Shown in pieces: positions 58,757 through 64,000 of a DNA stretch of 64,000 nucleotides. The number at the start of each line of letters is the position of its first letter. Position 1 is the stretch's first letter. Both the position numbers and the translations under genes were made by a program. Origin of the DNA: Piromyces finnis finn (lineage: Eukaryota > Fungi > Neocallimastigomycota); the NCBI GenBank assembly GCA_002104945.1, contig MCFH01000005.1:744001-808000 (forward strand), in the 5' to 3' direction. The notes below the pieces were generated by a model. The model worked only from the letters and a program-made list of their open reading frames with translations. It was not told the DNA's origin and made no database searches.

Positions 58757-60807
58757 TTTGATTTCTCTATTCAATGTTATTTATTTTTATTATTATTTAT
58801 TTATATATTTATTGATTTGCTTATATCTTTCTTTTCTATATTTCTTTAAAATATTTTACAATTTTAAAGAAAAATAATTCTAATAATTACTTAAATTAAA
58901 ATAGTAATAAAATTATATTTTTATTTATAATAAAAAATGAATAAATTGTGTTATATTTATAGTTCAGTAAGCACACAATTAATATTTTATATATTTTATA
59001 TATAAATAAATTACATTTTATATTGACCAATAATATATTGTTTTCTTTTTATTATACAGAAAAAAAAAAAAAAAAAAAGATAAAGTACAGAGATTAAATT
59101 ATATAAAGAATATTCATTATTATAAATTTGTATATATTAAATATATTTAAATGTATTAGTCTTGATGAATAAGAAACTTAAATTTTGTATTTCAAAATTT
59201 AAGGTTTCTTTTAAATAAAATGACTAAGGCGTTTAGAAGCTATATAAATTTCTAATAGCCTAGTATAATAACACTACTAAAATATCTTTATCTTTTTTAT
59301 TTAATTACATTATCTAGTAAAAAAAAAAAAAAATAACAATAATTTTAATATAATACCTTTAATAATAATTCCAGAATTCCAAATTATTTTTTTTAATTTT
59401 ATTTTTTTTTTTCGGTCAAACTTATGGAAAAACTCCAAAATTTTTTTTCTTCTATATATTAATTAATTAAAAAATTTTTTTATTAAAATCAAAAATGTTT
59501 GATACATTTTATATCAAATCAATATGAATTAAAGTTTATAAATTAATATACTATAAAAGGAAAGAAACTTGATACCTATTTACACCCTTTTTAGTAAATT
59601 AATTTACTATTATAGTATTGTACTAATTGTTCTATGACTATTAAAAGTTTAAAATCTAATAATTAAAGTTACAATACAAAAAAGCATAACCAATAAATTT
59701 ACAGAAAAAATTAATATTATCTATACAAAATATATTAAATATATAATAATTTATAATGTAATTTATTCATTTATATATTCCATCTATTTACTTTTTTACC
59801 AAAACAAAAGAATTATGAAAAAAAGTGAATTGTAATATATGGCTATTCTTGTACAAACTAATAATAGGGTGGCTTAATATAATTGTTAATATATGTCAAT
59901 TTAATTTAAACTTCAACATAAAAAAAAAAACATTTTACCACTTTAAAAGATAAAAATATATTAATGTAATGTATATTTTAGATTGAATACATTATAATTT
60001 TAAATAAAAATGATTTCTTTTTTTTTGTTTAATTTTATCATAAAAATAAAGAATAATTATATAATTATTAATAAAAATATATTATTATTAGGTATAAAAA
60101 CCACTATAAGATATTCGAAATGGAATGAAATAATAATTAAAAATTATAAAATTATAAAAAGAATAAAGCTTAAGACTTAAATAGTGTAATTGATTTTTAA
60201 TCACTTGTATTCATATAATAATAAAATTCTATAACTTTTTTTAATATGCTAATATTCATTTATATTTTAATTTATAAAATAAGCACATTTTTATTTATGT
60301 TTTAAAAAAAAGTAAAAATTTATAAAATTTTAACATAGCATTGTTATTTATTATTAGTTTTTATTTGTATATTCTTTTATTTAATTATACTAAAATGGTT
60401 TTTAGTAGAAATATTTATATCAATTATATAATAATAAAATTAAGTTCAATTACTTTTATTATTAATAATGTTCTTATTTCACGTTCATTTACTTTTCTTT
60501 TTTTATTTATTTTTAATATTTTTTTATTTCAACTTTTTAAAGCTTATGATTAATAATTTTCAATTCTAAATATTTCTTTTTTTTTTTTGTAATTTTTAAT
60601 TTTTTTTTTTTTTGTAATAAAATATATACTATCATAACTATTTTAAATTTTACAATTAAATTAAAATTAATGTATCTTTTAAGTATACTTTTAATATTAA
60701 CATAATTAAATTTTTTAAAAAAAATTATTTTTAATTTATATCATATATATTTTAAACAATTTAATCTTTTCTATTTATATCTTTATATATTGCATATTAT
60801 TATTAGT

Positions 60808-62866
60808 CTATAAATCAAAATTTTGTGTAAATTGATATCTATAAGTACTGTATTGATTATCATTAATGTTTATAGCAGCAGGATCATTAGTTACTGGAAG
60901 ATTTGGAGTTGTTTTAGATTTCTTTGAAGTAAGTCTTCTTTTGACAGTACTAGCACCACGCTTTACAGAAGTAGCTCTTCTTGAAATACTTCTCTTAAGT
61001 TGGTTATACTTCTTTGGATTTTTCTTTACAAAAACAAAAGCAGCTGCCGCGCCAACAATTGATCCTGTAACGGCAACACCGGTTACAACAGAACCAGAAC
61101 CACCTTCTTTTTCATCATCAAATTGACTATTAATAATATTTTCAGTTTCTTCAATTTTATTATTTATTGTAGATGGTACTTCTTTATTATTTGTGTTATC
61201 CTTAACAACAGGAATATCATTATTAGCAGGCTTTGAAGTTGGATTTGATACAATATTATTAGTTGAATTTGTTGTTGCATCATTTGAAATTGCATTTGAT
61301 ACTGCATTTGAAGAAGCGTTAGAAGTAGCATTTGAAATTTTATTTGAAACTGCATTTGAAGAAGCATTGGAAACGACTTTAGATGCTACTTTAGAGGATT
61401 CTTTGGAAGAAGCATTTGAAGCTGCTGCACTTGAAATAACTGAGTTGGAAGATGCTGCTTTTGAAGTGGTTGAATTTGATGTAGCATTGTTTTTAGCAAC
61501 TGAACTGTTTGAGACAGTTGGCTTTTGAACAACAGGAGTAGGATTTTGAACAAGAGTAGTTGTCTTCTTAACAGTAGTTTGCACAATTGTGGTCTTTTTT
61601 ACTGAGTTGCTAGAGTTGCTAGAGCTTATGCCTAACGTATTAAATAAAATTCATTAATTAAAATTATGAAAAAAAAAAAAAAAGAATTAATTTATGATAT
61701 ATTTGGTTATACACTCTATTTATAATAACAAGAAAACAAAAAAAAATAAAAAATATTTAATTTATATACATACCTGAACTAAAATTAGAACCACATTGTG
61801 ACTTTCCATCAAAAGTCCAACCAGCTTGTTTTAAATTTTGGGAAGATTTTACAATCATACTAATTCCTATACCATTCAAAGCATTACATAAAGTTGGAAG
61901 CTTATCGTTTAAATTACCGTAAGTAATACCAAAAACAGCCTTGCCATTATTAATGAATTTTTTATAGTATGAACATTCTTTACTATGATTAACACAACTT
62001 TCATTAATTGCAAAATCATAATAGCTTTCAAGAGTATCAATTAAGCCAGGAATATTCTTTAAACCAATAGAAATTCCTAATTCATGAGCTGTATTTCCTA
62101 ACCATTTAGCAAATTGAACTGCATCTGATTCTTTAAGATCCCAATGATTTTTATTTACACTATAACCATCTAAATTATCAACTTCAATACCATCACAGTT
62201 TTTACTTACAGCAACTTTCATACGATTCTTAATTAAAGGCTTAATACCTTCAACTCGATAATCAAGCCAATATTCACCTGGCCAATCATCATATTCATTT
62301 TTAACTAATCCTGATATAGCTTTAAAATCTTTAAAATCATCACGCCATTTTTCAATTGTACCTACAGAGAAATAACATATAACCTTTTTACCAGCATTAT
62401 GAAATTCTTTAATTTTTGAATTGCTTAATTCATAATCAACATCAATAACTTGGGCCTTTTCGGAATTACTTTATTAAGTTGGAATAATATTACAGTAAAA
62501 TTATTTTTAAATAATATTAATGTATTATAAAATATAAAAAAAAATAAAAATAACATATTAATAAATGACTATATAATTTATTATTATAAATAATATTTCT
62601 TGATATTAATATTATTAATTTTTTTTAAAAAAAAAAATATTATATAAATTATAAACTAAAATTTTGTTTTTTTTTATCTTTCACTAAATATTTAATTTAT
62701 AATTTAAAATATTCTAATTTAAAATAATTATTATATTTAATACAAACACATTAAATTTATCATCTCCTATAACATAATTCCAAGTTAAACCTGGAGTTGG
62801 TTTCCATCTTGCTTCAACATTAGATAACAATAAGGAGGTAATTACTGTTGATAATAAGAATTTCAT
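60808..62866 (-). CDS. GH114 copy g: signal peptide, catalytic domain, Ser/Asn/Ala stalk, TM, long cytoplasmic tail
   Basis: MKFLLSTVITSLLLSNVEA-RWKP..WNY; VICYFSVGTIE, EYWLDYR, CDGIEVDNLDGY, FAINESC; second intron 61632-61773; TM VVTGVAVTGSIVGAAAAFVFV; tail ends DNQYSTYRYQFTQNFDL*. Confidence 0.9.
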
Positions 62867-63555
62867 TTTTTTTTTTTTTTTATCTTTTAAAAATCTATTA
62901 TTTTATTATATATTTATATATATTATACTTTATATTATTGAATTTTATAAAAACTCTTTATTTTTAATAATAAAAAAAAGAAATTGATATTGTCGTCAAT
63001 TGCTATTTTTTTTTTTTTTTTAGAAATCTTTATATAACAAATTGTAATTATTTTCAATTTAATTATTTAAAAGGTAAATTAATTTGAAAATAATTACAAT
63101 TAATTTCAATAATAATAAAACAAATCTATAAAAATATAAAAGAAAAGAAATGAAAAGAAAAGAAAAGAAAAATAAAATAAAAAACAAAAAAATAAAGGGG
63201 ATATATCTTAATATTTATTATTAATGATTATTCATATCATAATAATAGCAATAATCATTAATAATTTAGAAAATGACAAATGTTAATCATGATAAAATAG
63301 TTTCACAGCATTATTATTAAAATTACCAACAATTTAATAATATTTAAAATTTCTATATTTTAAATCATTTAATATAAGAAATTTTAAACATTATTAAATA
63401 TAAAGGTAATACAAAATTTATTTTAACCAATAGCTTTATCACTAGTTTATTAAAAGCAAGTAAAAATAAACCATGAATAAATTTAATTTAGTGAAATATA
63501 ATAAAATATTGCTTTTTTTAATATATAAAATATTTATTTATATTAGTGAGTTTCA

Positions 63556-63646
63556 AAATTAACAAACGACAAAATTCATAATATATATTATTAAAAATTA
63601 AAAAATTAACACACGACAAAATTCATAATATATATTATTAAAAATT
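63556..63646. repeat. 47-bp tandem duplication
   Basis: ACGACAAAATTCATAATATATATTATTAAAAATT occurs at 63566 and again at 63613. Confidence 0.85.
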
Positions 63647-64000
63647 TTAAAAAACTAGAAAAAATAAAAAGTAAAAATATTTAAAAAAAAAAAACAAAGA
63701 CCCTTTTTTATTTACTATTAATTCATATTTTACATCAATATTAAATAATATATAATTATATTTTAGAGCTGACTCTAAAAATTATGATAATATATATATT
63801 ATTAATATGATATTAAATAAATATTATAATTAGTATTTTTTTTAAATATGGGTAAGAATTTCCCATTTATTAATAATAAACAATAATAATATATAGTTTT
63901 CTATATTAAAAATTATATTAAAAAATCATTTTATTCGCATTTGTTTAACATCAAAATCTAATTATATTAGCGCAATTAAAATCACAATAAAAAATGATAA

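Overview
Extremely AT-rich, intron-containing eukaryotic DNA. The base composition, short AT-rich introns and Asn/Lys-rich proteins point to an anaerobic gut fungus (Neocallimastigomycota; inference). The left ~38.4 kb is ordinary single-copy content: MOB4 (5'-partial), an uncharacterised type II membrane protein, SLC30A9/ZnT9-like, RAD54, ELC1, BOS1, RPS16, ARL3/ARFRP1, TSC10, SET1, VTC1, an RNF4-like RING protein and NAT9. The right ~24 kb (38961-62866) is a head-to-tail array of seven minus-strand GH114 (endo-alpha-1,4-galactosaminidase family) genes, here called a-g. All seven have a signal peptide and both putative catalytic carboxylates. Six continue into a copy-specific repetitive stalk, a conserved single transmembrane helix and a basic cytoplasmic tail; the seventh ends in a free Lys/Thr-rich tail. 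This array is the best candidate for an undescribed system. No tRNA, rRNA, CRISPR array or intact transposon was recognised. Exon boundaries were read by eye and need RNA-seq confirmation.
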